64,000 nucleotides of DNA, taken from positions 7,502,001 through 7,566,000 of the forward strand of contig OZ024755.1 in assembly GCA_964016885.1 (NCBI GenBank). The letters are read 5' to 3'. The translations under genes were made by a program, and so were the position numbers. Below the pieces are notes generated by a model that was not told the DNA's origin, made no database searches, and saw only the letters and a list, made by a program, of their open reading frames with translations. Source of the DNA: Eledone cirrhosa (Eukaryota). Below are positions 12,217 to 24,957 of this stretch, piece after piece (the first letter of the stretch is position 1; each line of letters starts with the position of its first letter).

Positions 12217-12641
12217 TACCTATCTTCCGGCCTCTCTAGAGAATCGTAAAAGCACATATCGTTATATGCTTTTTCTATGAAAATTAGTAGTGGGCAGACT
12301 AATTTGCATAGAGTGTGAGTAAGTACCGGTTCAACGGAGACGATAAAAACAAATAACGAAACGAAATTAAATTTCGTTTCGTTTGTAACTCACTTTTGTA
12401 TGACTGACGCTTAAACAATTAAGTTAAAGATGTACATCCATATATGTATACTGAAATACTAGTATGTATATGAATACACACACGTATACATATGTAGATG
12501 TACCAAGTTTTTTTTTCACTGGTCACTTTACTGTGAGTGGCCAGCTATTCTGTATGTAAACACACAGACAAACCGGTTTTTAGAGTCATACTGGTTTTTG
12601 AGGAAACACCTTTCCTCTATTCTCCAGAAAGCCAGACAAGG

Positions 12642-12686
12642 AATATTGAACTAGTTTCGTTGTTGTTACAACTCATCAGCAATATT
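12642..12686 (-). ncRNA. Type I hammerhead ribozyme, copy 5
   Basis: Identical to copy 1, 470-nt spacing. Confidence 0.88.
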
Positions 12687-12931
12687 TACCTATCTTCCGG
12701 CCTCTCTAGAGAATCGTAAAAGCACATATCGTTATATGCTTTTTCTATGAAAATTAGTAGTGGGCAGACTAATTTGCATAGAGTGTGAGTAAGTACCGGT
12801 TCAACGGAGACGATAAAAACAAATAACGAAACGAAATTAAATTTCGTTTCGTTTGTAACTCACTTTTGTATGACTGACGTTTGTAACTCACTTTTGTATG
12901 ACTAACTTAATTGTTTATATATATATATATA

Positions 12932-12964
<33 letters not shown>

Positions 12965-13140
12965 TTCTTTTATCTTCTTTGTCTCTCCCTCTCACTCACA
13001 CGCACATATATATAAGTATATAAAGTGTGTGGAAAAAAAAATATATATATACACACATACATATACACATGTATATGTATGTCAGTGTATATGCATTGCT
13101 CTCTCTGCCTATATATATATATATATATACATATATACAT

Positions 13141-13179
<39 letters not shown>

Positions 13180-13344
13180 TACATATATATATACATATAT
13201 ATATACATATATATATACATACATATATACATACATATATATATACATACATACATATATACATATATATATACATATATACATATATATATACCTACAT
13301 ATATATATATATATATACATACATATATATATATATATACATAC

Positions 13345-13389
<45 letters not shown>

Positions 13390-13394
13390 CATAC

Positions 13395-13425
<31 letters not shown>

Positions 13426-13488
13426 CACATATATATATATATATACACATATATATATATATATACATATATACATATATATATATAC

Positions 13489-13523
<35 letters not shown>

Positions 13524-15000
13524 CATATATACATATATATATATACATATATATATATACATATATATATATACATATATATATATATACATATATACAT
13601 ATATATACATACATATATACATATATATGTATATATGTATGTATATACATGGTCTCAAAAGCTATCCTAAAGTAAGACAACGAGGAAGCAGCGGTCGTAT
13701 ATAACCACTCAGTGACGGAAACTCCAGATATTTCTTAAGTAACGTACCAGAATTCTAATGTCGAATCAATAGAAATCTTTAATATTTGCTAATGTCTTCC
13801 GTCGTTATAGATCAAATAGCCAGCTTCACAATACTATAAATCTCTTGTTTGTAGCTTTAACAAATATATTCAACGCTATTTTACATTCGTCAATAACAGT
13901 GGTAACCAATCTGCTTTCTGTACCCATAATTCTCCCGCTGTTTCATCTAAATCACCCTCTCTTCCACCTATTGTAAACATCTCTCAATATTGTCGTTAAC
14001 ACAGTAATAGAATACAGCAGATTATTTTTATGGGTGTCATGCAATGAGCTTGCTTCTTGCTCTGAGTTGAAAATGAATTAGAAAAGTGCACCAAACTGAA
14101 ATATTTCTCATTGTCATGGGAAATTGAAATAACAATTTTCATTGCCGTATGCTAAGAAAGACTGATCTGGACTGGAAAATTATTATAGTGAGAGTTTATT
14201 AAAAAGCTAGAAACACATGCCACTATATTTTCTATCCCCATAAGTCTTTACATGTAAAACTGTGGCATTACGCCTGACAAAAAGTCATGCGATGGAATGT
14301 ACTTCCATTTTGCTCACCAGGGGACAGCACTAGCATTCGTATAGTCAAAATAAATATAAATTAAGATTCCAAAGTCTCGTGTGATTAAATGACAAGCTTA
14401 TTTGTGAAGCACATATGATATATAGATTTAATCTGTTACCCTATCTTGTCTTTTGCGGTGCGTTTTTCATTATTTGTGCCTGCGCATGCGTTTGAAACAG
14501 CTCTGTGTGTTTGTCTTTCCTGTTTTTGTGCTTTTTTCCCTATTCTGTCTTCAGTCATTAGGTTGCGGGCTGTTACTATTCTACTCGTGTTTTTGGTCCA
14601 GGCTAGGCCTATCTTCTATTAAATGCTTTGCCTATGTAATTTCTCTGAGTCTTGCGTCAGTTCTATGTGTAGATAGGATCTTTATTTCTATGTTACCTGT
14701 TGAGCCTTCATGTTTGGTGTGTTGGTATAACTCTGATGAATTCCCTTATCCTCTTTCCTATGCTACGGGCCATCGCTCATATATATTTTATCCCCACCTC
14801 TCTCTCTCTATATATATATAAATATATACAGATGCGAGTCTACATGTTAAAAGCTCCTCTATCTGAGGAGCTTCCGATTCCAGAGTCAGGTTCGATCATT
14901 AATAGATCGTTCCTCGAGCTGATCGACAATGAAACATATGTAATATGTAATTAAATATGTATATGATGCAACACTGATTCATCGTTCTCCTATATATTAA

Positions 15001-15046
<46 letters not shown>

Positions 15047-15059
15047 TTTGTTTTGCAAG

Positions 15060-17639
15060 GTTTTTGATATGAAATCGTGTGTCGAAACAAACTAGCCAAT
15101 ATACGAAGAAATATTGTAAAAAAAAAGTTACTAACTGATATAGAAATTGATCAGATCAAGCTATTAGCACAAAGTCAGCGAAGGGAAAATGAAACATGTG
15201 TCAGTGAAAACGAGGTAAATTGTAACACTTCGAATCCCAGGGTTGGGGCGGAATCACTGACAACAGAACAAATTAAAGAAAGGATCGAAAAAGTGGAGGG
15301 AGTGCATGCTCAAGATGAAACTCCAAATGAAAACAATGAGATCGTAAATGATAAAGAAATGAATGAGAATGAACTTGCCAACTTGAAGGATGAAATTATG
15401 ATCGAATGGATGAAAATGAAAAAATCTGACATGGGGGAACGAGACACCCTCCTTAAGATCCAGAACTCCAATCAGAACCAAAAGATAATACACAAGACTA
15501 ACATAATTCTCAAAAACATTATCATCACAAACAAACTAAACATTACTGATTTAAATCATCTCTATTATGCATCGGCTAAAGTCACCACTCACTTATGTGG
15601 AGTGAAGAGGAAAAAACAAAGGAATTCCCACAAGAAATCTACTTGGCAAGAGAACATCAATCGCGAAATAAACCTTCCCCGATCTGACAGAAATTTTAAC
15701 AAACTATAAAGTAGGTGAACATGTTAAACAAACTAAGCTTAGAAAATTGAAAAGAAAGTATAGTATAAAATCAACAAGTGACATAGACATGCTGATAGAA
15801 ATAATCAAGCAAAAAGTGTCGGCCGAAGCTGCTCGTATAAGGCGCTTTGAAAAACGATCTAGATTCTATAAGGACAATAATATGTTCAAAAACAACCAAA
15901 GAAACTTCTACAGAAAAATTGGTAAATCAACAATAACTGCTAAATCAATACCACCCAGGAGGAAGTGCAAGAATTCTGGGAAAAGATCTGGGCCGAAGAA
16001 AAAGTTCATAATATACATGCCCCATGGATAGACAGACAAATGAAAGATACAGCTCACCTTGAGGAACAAATATGGGAAAATATAACAGTTGAACAGTTGC
16101 GTTTGGCTCTAAGAAAAACCAGCAAATGGAAATCCCCAGGAAAAGACAAAATATAAAATTTTTGGATAAATGCCTTCACAGAGTCTCATGAGCTGTTAGC
16201 CCAACTTTACAATGAAATAGTTAAGGAGCCAGAAAAGATACCATCGATGCCATAAACACGCTTGCCATACCAGTAGTAACCTACAGTTACAATGTCATCA
16301 ACTGGTCAAGCACAGAGATCCATAGGCTCGATATAAAAATTCGAAAATTCTTAACCATGCACAGAATGCATCACCCTAAGGCAGATACAGATAGAATATA
16401 TCTCCCTAGGAAAGAAGGAGGACGTGGGTTAATCCAGTTAGACATTGCGTTGAAAACTGCAACAATTAGATTATCTACATATCTAAGGGAATCACATGAT
16501 TGGATGATCAAACTCGTTTTGAAACACGAAAGCATCAAAAGATCATACTCCATTACAAAAGATGCACAAAGATACAGTAATGGACTACAAATTTCAGAAG
16601 TCCCATTTACTGCTGAAATGGAAAACACAGAAAAAGCAAAGCAGGTAAAAGTAACTGCAAAGAAAGAACTGCTACAGAAACTGGCTAAGAAATGGCAAGA
16701 AAAGCCTCTGTATGGAAAATACCCAGAACGAGCTAACAATCCTGATGTTAACAAAACTTTAACCCATCAGTGGTTGGCATCCTCTGGACTGAAATCGGAG
16801 ACTGAAAGACTAATTATATCAGCACAAGATCAGTGTCTGCCAACAAAAAATTACCAAGCCAACATAATAAAAAATGGATGCAGCCCATTATGCCGTGTAT
16901 GTAAAAAACAACCAGAGACCATTGACCATATAATTTCAATGTGCAGTCCTATAGCTCCAACCGAATACCTAAACAGGCATGACAGAGCTGCACAATACAT
17001 ACATTGGATAATGTGTAAGCATTTTGACCTGCCCCATCAAAAGAATTGGTGGGAGCATCAACCACCTCCCATACTTGAAAAAGATCACATCTCAATCTTG
17101 TGGAACTTTAGCATCCAAACAGACCGAAAAATAGATGCAAATAGACCTGATATAATATTGAAGGACTTTAAAAAGAGGGTATGCCTGCTAATTGATATGT
17201 CCGTTCCAATAGACAAGAATGTATCTATAAAAACATTTGAAAAATTGAGCAAGTATAAGGACCTGGAGATAGAAATTGGAAAAATGTGGAAATTGAGAAC
17301 TAAAACAATACCAGTGGTTGTAGGCGCTCTAGGAATGATACCTAAGGGGTCTAATGATTACTTATCGCAAATCCCAGGAAACCCGCGTATAGGAGAAATA
17401 CAAAAGATAGTACTAATGGGAACTGCCCATATACTAAGGAAGATTCTGTCAATATAAGTACATCACAAGTCTAAACACCTAAAGATGCATGTGTGAGTAT
17501 GTATGTTCTTTCTTGAACATGGCGGACCTTGTTGTCTCTTGAGGTCACTGGTTGTGACTTGGTGATAACTCGTATGAACATAAAGCAAGATAAATGCAGC
17601 TGTAATAATAAAAATAATAGTAATAATAATAATAATAAT

Positions 17640-17646
<7 letters not shown>
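15060..17646 (+). mobile_element. Decayed, internally deleted R4/Dong-like non-LTR retrotransposon (RLE type)
   Basis: Frameshifted N-terminal ORFs 15077-16156 end at KSPGKDKI. The C-terminal ORF 16357-17457 has RIYLPRKEGGRGL, a CCHC knuckle (CRVC..HIISMC) and RLE motifs (RPDII..LIDMS..KLSKYKDL). (TAA)n tail at about 17603-17646. Confidence 0.88.
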
Positions 17647-17677
<31 letters not shown>

Positions 17678-18414
17678 TGATATTGCAGTTATCTAAAATA
17701 GGAATCATAATACTGTTAGACCTCAATGTATTGTAGATCTAAATATTTATATATATATATATGCATGTGTATAGATGTTCTTGTGTTATGAAGATTTGTA
17801 GTTGGTTGTATAAATGGCTGTATGACCAAAGCTAAATTAACTACTCCATATGTCCTATAAATATACAACCGACCGTTCACATTTCATATACAACAATTAT
17901 TTGTATTTCAAAGGTGTATAATATATCTTCCATATATTATATACATTCATAGTAGACACGACTATAGATATTCCTCTACGTGTACATTATGTAAATTCAA
18001 AATATCGATACATTCATGTTTACTACAAATAAATGGAAACAAACTGGATACAATTTGATTGAGATGCTTACTCATCGATAATACAATCAGGAAAATCACT
18101 GTTTCTGTTTTGTTTTCCATTTATTTTTATGTATTCTCATATTTTTATAGTCATATTGAGAATCGTTTAGTATCTAGTTTGACATTGTTAACATCAAATG
18201 ATATTTGATATATATTTGCTATTATGATATTTGGATAATTCTGGTAGATTAATATATTCAGCTGTCAGCTGTCTGTGATTACTATAGTTCGATAAATGGT
18301 TTTAGCCGTAAATGCAATATATTCACATTAATATTTGTGGACAATCACTTTGCGTAACTTTTAGTATCAAACACATTTATCGTATGTAATCAATGTTGTT
18401 GTTGATGTTATTAT

Positions 18415-18780
18415 TATTATTCCCAGCAAGCATGCCTTTTGAAGTGTTCCAAAAAAGGGGCTAGACTAATGTTCTTTAACCATCCTTGAAAACTCCTCGA
18501 GATAGTATCTAGTGCTCCTATGACAATCGGGACGACCTTGAACTCATGACAGTCCCAAACCTTTTTTAATTCCCACTTTAAGTCATGGTTTTGGTTAGTT
18601 TTTTCCTTCTCCTTTTCTTGCACTCTTGTGTCAAAAGCGCATGCTACATCTACAATCAGGCATGATCTTTTTTCCTTGTCAAAGACCACCAGGTCAGGCC
18701 TTTTGTGTTCTAATTCCATGTCTATTTGTAACCTGAAATCCCATAGCATCTTCATTCGATCGTTTCCTATCACTGATTCT
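18415..18780 (-). pseudogene. RLE-domain fragment of a second R2/R4-type retrotransposon
   Basis: MLWDF..RPDLVVFDKEKRSCLIVDVACAFD..VVPIVIGALDTI resembles the C-terminus of the 16357-17457 ORF. Confidence 0.85.
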
Positions 18781-18797
18781 ATTATTTTTATTTCCAG

Positions 18798-18883
18798 ATC
18801 ACTATTTTAGTGTTGATCTTCACAGCCAAAGAACACAACGAAAACTCCTATACACAGAGTGAGAAAACCAACAAAACTATCCA
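18798..18883 (+). CDS. Adhesion GPCR exon E (end of TM5-ICL3)
   Basis: tttccag acceptor, gtaagt donor. ITILVLIFTAKEHNENSYTQSEKTNKTI(Q). 86 nt, phase 0 to 2, exactly what is needed to join exons D and F. Confidence 0.87.
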
Positions 18884-18942
18884 GTAAGTATACCTGCTTT
18901 AATGACGTCATAACCATCGCTCTAATAGAGTGTCTGTGAGTA

Positions 18943-19279
18943 TGTTTCTACTTTTGGCACAAGGCCAGCAATTAACCAGTGCATGACTGGTACTTTATTT
19001 TATCGACCCCGTAAGGATGAAAGGCAAAGTTAACCTCGACGGGATTTGAACTCAGAATGGCAAGTGCGTCAAAGCACGGCGTCCGACCCTCTACCGATAC
19101 TGCCAGTCTGGGAGTATATAATGTGTGCCAGGCAGTAGTGTACATTGTAAGCTGGTGTATATAAGGTGATATGGTTTTATAATATATAATTGTTTCTACT
19201 TTAGGCACAAGGCCAGCAATTACCCAGTGCATTACTGGTACTTTATTTTATCGACCCCGTAAGGATGAAAGGCAAAGTC
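18943..19279 (-). mobile_element. Two SINE copies just after GPCR exon E
   Basis: Reverse complement of the SINE body at 18943-19108 and about 19188-19279. Confidence 0.8.
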
Positions 19280-19452
19280 TAATATATAATGTCCTCTTCG
19301 GTCTTGGCTAAACATGTGTTGATATCTACACCTTGAGGTTTCTTCTCCAACACAAGCTATGTTGCTTTGTGGTAAATCAGCAGTTGCTCATGCATGCTAG
19401 TCACCCCTTCCATGTCACTAGAACTGTCAAAGGGAAAGGCAAAGGTCGATGT

Positions 19453-19805
19453 ATCGCAGCTCATATACACACTGTAAAATACTATATATACACTCTATAT
19501 GAAATTATTTAAGGGAAAAGGCACAGGCTGATATACTTTAGCACTAGTGTCATCGCAGCTCATATATACACTGTAAAATACTATATATACACTCTATATG
19601 AAATTATTTAAGGGAAAAGGGACAGGCTGATATACTTTAGCACTAGTGTCATCGCAGCTCATATATACACTGTCATATACTATATATACACTCTATATGA
19701 AATTATCTAAGAGAAAAGGGACAGGCTGATACACTTTAGCACTAGTGTCATCGCAGCTCATATATACACTGTAAAATACTATATACACTATATACACTCT
19801 ATATG
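19453..19805. repeat. 99-bp tandem repeat, about 3.5 copies
   Basis: atcgcagctc recurs at 19453, 19552, 19651 and 19750. Confidence 0.92.
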
Positions 19806-20007
19806 ATGTCGTCCAAGTGGTGTTAAAGGATACCAAAACTACTCATGGCCACCAAAACTACTCCATGATGAGCATGAAGCCTCTCATGGGTACCGCAAGC
19901 TAAGCCCTATATTAGCAGGGAAATCTACCTTTTAGACTTGTAATTTCTGTATGACCCTCCAAAGGTTTATATATAATGTGTAATGCTATTTTCATTTTTA
20001 CTTGCAG

Positions 20008-20134
20008 GATTCATTCAAAAGCGCTTTGGACACAAACAATATTACTGACCACAATTTGGTCCTTCGCTTTTATATCGTTGAAGATGACCGATAACATACT
20101 GAAGTACTTGTACGCCATGTTCAATTGTCTTCAG
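20008..20134 (+). CDS. Adhesion GPCR exon F (TM6-ECL3-TM7)
   Basis: ttgcag acceptor, gtaact donor. IHSKALWTQTILLTTIWSFAFISLKMTDNILKYLYAMFNCLQ, with the Y.F..FNSLQG-type motif. 127 nt. Confidence 0.92.
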
Positions 20135-20377
20135 GTAACTGAAAATATCTTTTATGTCTCTTACTCACATGTAGTCACACAGGATCACACTTACTCACAA
20201 ACTTAAACTCACACGCATACACACCGGGACCTGCTTACATACATCTGCACACACATGGTATAATCCCAACACACACACACATATGCAACAAATCTTCATA
20301 ACAAGCATAAAGAGGGAACTTTTGTTTAGGATTATGCATTTATTTAAACCTACTCTCTCTATATATATATGTAGAAC

Positions 20378-20510
<133 letters not shown>

Positions 20511-20965
20511 GAAGTTGGAAATAGCATGGAAAATATATTTAAGGGTCTGTTTTTCTTTTTTTTAATCCTTTCTTTGATTCGTCAAAGTGACATTATTGAA
20601 AAGATGACATTATTGAAAGAAATGACATTATTGAAAGAAATGACATTATTGAAAAAAAGGTTTATAAAGTATTACCGGTTTCGATGTATTATTAAAATTC
20701 ATCTTATCAAATGTTGAGTATTGAAATAAAAAATTAAAAAGAATTAATAGGAGTTAAAAACTAAAAATTAAAGATTTAAAATTAAAATCAAACGTTGGAG
20801 TAAGTCTTTTTCCCATTTTTCTTGCTAAAAATTCGGCTGGAGAATATATATATATACTGAATATATATATATACTGAGAATATATATATATATACTGAAG
20901 TAAAAGTTAAGTGGAAATATCCAAGAGTAATAGCACTCAGTCCATAGGACGAGTTTAGTATAAAT

Positions 20966-21130
20966 AATTACATCAGTGATATAAACAGGTACTTAAGTTT
21001 CGTTAGGTTGTGGGCCCCAATTCGTTTAGCCTGTCATGAGGTTTTTTTTATTTTTCTCATGACAGGCTGAACGAATTGGGACCCAGAACCCAACGAAACC
21101 TGAGTACCTGTTTATTTCATGTTGTAATTA
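20966..21130. repeat. Imperfect inverted repeat (about 75-bp arms)
   Basis: ataaacaggtactt..cctgtcatgag pairs with ctcatgacagg..gtacctgtttat around a T-rich loop. Confidence 0.9.
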
Positions 21131-21191
21131 ATTATTCATATATATATATATTGTTTTTTCTTGATATTATTGCATTCATTGTCTTTTTCAG

Positions 21192-21233
21192 GGGGCTTTT
21201 TTCATCGTCTTTTACTTTTTGCTACATGAAGAG
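21192..21233 (+). CDS. Adhesion GPCR exon G (end of TM7, start of helix 8)
   Basis: tttttcag acceptor, gtaagt donor. GAFFIVFYFLLHEE completes LQG.F.F.F..L. 42 nt. Confidence 0.92.
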
Positions 21234-21476
21234 GTAAGTATTATTTTATTCCACATCTATTACTGTTCATCTCAATCTTATTTACTTGTGTAAACCTTAT
21301 AATCTTTTCGAAAAAAAGAAAAATAATAATGACTCCACCCAAACTAAAAAATCTAAAAAAAAAAAAAGAAATTCTGTGGACACATGCCTCTATTGTACAG
21401 AAATCCTTGATTTTAATAACACAGGAAATAAAGAAAAGGTTGATTTAGACAAAGAATATCTTTCCAGCGGGTCCTG

Positions 21477-21510
<34 letters not shown>

Positions 21511-21524
21511 TTTGATATAGAAAT

Positions 21525-21575
21525 GGCTTCTACAGAACTAGAACTGTTTCATTCGGGAGAAATCATCAGGAAGCC
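21525..21575 (-). ncRNA. Type I hammerhead ribozyme in a small (TA)n-embedded element (about 21510-21672)
   Basis: Minus strand: ggcuuc-CUGAUGA-u-uuc(uccc)gaa-u-GAAAC-ag(uucuaguu)cu-GUA-gaagcc. Stems I and III pair fully; stem II opens with a U-U mismatch. Degraded relatives at about 23803-23955 and 40018-40070. Confidence 0.75.
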
Positions 21576-23281
21576 CTGATGTTTTATTAAATATTTATTA
21601 AATATTTGCACTCTGCTATGTATTGAGTACCTAATTTCCCGTGGTTCCCTCCGATTGAACCCGGGATAAACTTATATATATATATATATATATATATATG
21701 AAGAAAGAAAACCAAATCAAGCGAGAATGATGCTGTTTAAAGCAACAAAGAGAGAAATAAAATCTAAGGAGTGAGTGAGAGAGACATTCAAGGAGTGATA
21801 TGAGACTATACTGAAAAAAGCGAAAGAAAATAACTGAGAGAGAGAGAGAGAGGTAATGAAAGATTAAGTTTGGCAACGGTTAAAATAAGGAGTCTGTGGT
21901 GTGGGAGATGTGGTTGTAATGGAAGTATCATTTATTGGAAACGAAGCAATCTCTGCCATGTCCTGAGGCCTTTAATGATGATATAGCATCTTAGGTTAGA
22001 CGATAGTATTGTGGCATCAGCTGTTTAAACTGGGTTGGTATAGAGGTAGTAGTAGAGTTTATATGAACTATATAGGATTTTCAACACACACAGAAAGAGA
22101 GAGGAGAACTCGATCCAGTTTTGAACATGTACTTCATTTATCGATCCGGAAATAACATCTTAACTATAATAAAGTAAGGAGTGCGGGACTACGTCCAGAA
22201 TATATATTTTTTTTTATCCCGTTTGTAAAATAAGTTGGATTACTTTGAATAAATAATGAATGAATATTACATAATTTATCTACTAAATTTCGTTATTCTT
22301 GATTAAATATGAATAATATTGTTGCTTATTTTAAGAATCCCTTCTTTAAAATTCTCAAATGTCAACACTTCCGGTTAACGATCGCTTATATAAACATTCA
22401 TATATTTCCGTTACTGATTACATAAGACAATGTAACACAGTCTCTCTTCAATTTCTGTGTATATTGTCAATAACGATTTTATTTGATGTATCATATCTAT
22501 ATGCATATATACTTGCGTATAATATCATTATATACACTACACATGCTAGCAGAAAACCACCCGAAGGGGGGGTTTTCTGCTAGTGTATATAATGTATATT
22601 AAAAGAAAACTTGTGTGCGTATTTGAACTCGTAGAGTAGAGACGAATACTGAAAATCAGTGTATCCAATGTTCTAACGACTCCCTCAATTCGCCGCCTTT
22701 TCGGACAGTACTCTGTGATATATAATCAATATCATAAGTGAAACTGGTGAATATATTTCAGAGAAGTTCACTATTATAAAACTGACTTTCTGTTGATCTT
22801 CAATGAGATAATCTTTACCGTACAACATATATTACGGTAACTTTTATATTCTTTATTACCAATTTGAAGATTTTTCACTGAAAACTTGAAATATATGACA
22901 AAAATAAAATTGTTCTAAAATGTTTCTGCGAATTAATGAGATAGACTGACCACACGAATTTCAAAACATCTGACAGATTTATCGTGAAATCCTAACACTA
23001 AAACCAACATTAGTTCAACCTGTCAGTTATTGGTTTATCGTAGTCCATAGCTAGGAAATATCTTTAATTCAGCTTCCCCCACAGTTTGTTGGGTCATCTG
23101 TCAGTTGATGACATTAATTAGTTTGTTTCTATTATCGACAACAAATTGATATCATATTTATGAAACTTTCAGATAATCATGTTTGATCAGTGAGCTCTGT
23201 TACAAGGGATCAGTGTATCTTCGCTTATTAATCAACATTGGTTTTATGTTTCATCTAGTCTTTCAACAATCTTGCGATGTG

Positions 23282-23349
<68 letters not shown>

Positions 23350-24762
23350 GATACGATCTGATAAGTGATTCCAATCAATAAAGCAAGACAAATTGCTGCT
23401 CGCTGTGTGACCTCATAAGGGATAGTAATCTATTTGAGGACTTAATACGATATTCCTATGACGTGTCGTCACTCTAAGAAATATCAGTTCTATATATCTA
23501 AGTAACATTTTGTCGAACAACTAACTTGCTAACAGACTCGGACAATTGCACAATCATATATACAAACACACTCTTCCCCTCTCTCTCTTACACACACATG
23601 TCTGTCTATCTTTCTCCCTCTCTATCTATCTATCTGTCCCTCTCTATCTCTATCTTTCTCTCTCTCTTTATATATATATTTCGTTTCTGAATTTGTTTAG
23701 CAAGATTCTTTATCTGAAAACGTGTGTTGAAACCGATATTGTTATACTTATTGGCAACATGACACTCCCAAAGTATAACAATATATATATATATATATAT
23801 ATAATTTTATCCCGGGTTCAATCGGGGTTAACCACAGTAAGAAGAAAGGTGATCAATACATAGCAGAGTATAAATATTTTATATAGAAATGCCTTCTACA
23901 GGTCTAGAACTGTTTCATTCGGGAGAAATCATCACAAAGCTTCCTGCTGATTTCTTATATATATATATATGTATGTATGTGTACGTGTGTGTGTATGTGT
24001 GTGTTCTATTAGACAGTTTAATGATGGAATCACAGAATAGAAATTATATATGAAATGACCATGTTTTGGTAGATCAGGGCGGCACATGACCCATGTTTAG
24101 GCAAAGAATATAGATATACGACACACACCAAAAATGATCGGCTTTCGCAATTTCCGATTCCCGAATTTACTCACAAGGTATTGGTCATCCTAATGCTCTT
24201 GTATAAACTTCATTTACCTGAGATGCCACTCAGTGAAACTGAACCGAGACCTTCTAGTTGCTAAGCTAAGACCTTAGCCATATATTTAACAACCACGGGT
24301 TGCTATAAGGACCATTGAAACCAGAATTGACGTTGACGAAGTTTTATGAAGAAAAGTTTTCTAATATAATTCATGAAGATATATTTTTTTCTTATTCAAC
24401 TTTTATTTCTATCAGTTTTATATAACAAATCAGCCTCTCCTTTACACTATTTCATTTACACAAATAGTTGATATACACATGTAGATATCATATGTAGCAG
24501 AAATACAGGCATACATACACGTATACTCTCTCTCTCTCTGTGTAAAAGTCCGTGTAAAATGTAAATCGGTTTATAAATATATAATAAATAGACTATTGTA
24601 TATGTGTGTTTTATATATACATAACAGCCTACCAACTAAGATATTTACTATTGTATATATATATATATATATGCGGTATATATATATATATATACGCAAT
24701 CATATGTATATATGCATATATATGTACGTACTTATTTTTTATGAACTGTCACCCATTCATCC

Positions 24763-24897
<135 letters not shown>

Positions 24898-24922
24898 CAT
24901 ACATATACACATACGCACAGCC

Positions 24923-24957
<35 letters not shown>

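Larger units (their letters stand above)
10461..12917 (-). mobile_element. Tandem array of 470-471 bp hammerhead-containing units (candidate non-LTR retrozyme)
   Basis: Units start at 10461, 10932, 11403, 11873, 12343 and (partial) 12813. They are nearly identical: the differences I see are poly-T length and one G>T at 12132. Flanked on both sides by (TA)n. One hammerhead per complete unit. Confidence 0.88.

Noticed and set aside
10582-12719. Repeated 60-63 aa ORFs in the tandem array
   Set aside because: They are short, partly GTG-started, broken by a poly-T indel in some units and have no recognisable motif. RNA structure explains the unit better.
10461-12917. CRISPR array or rDNA/snRNA cluster interpretation
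   Set aside because: There are no unique spacers, the context is eukaryotic, and I see no 5S, tRNA, snRNA or SL motifs.
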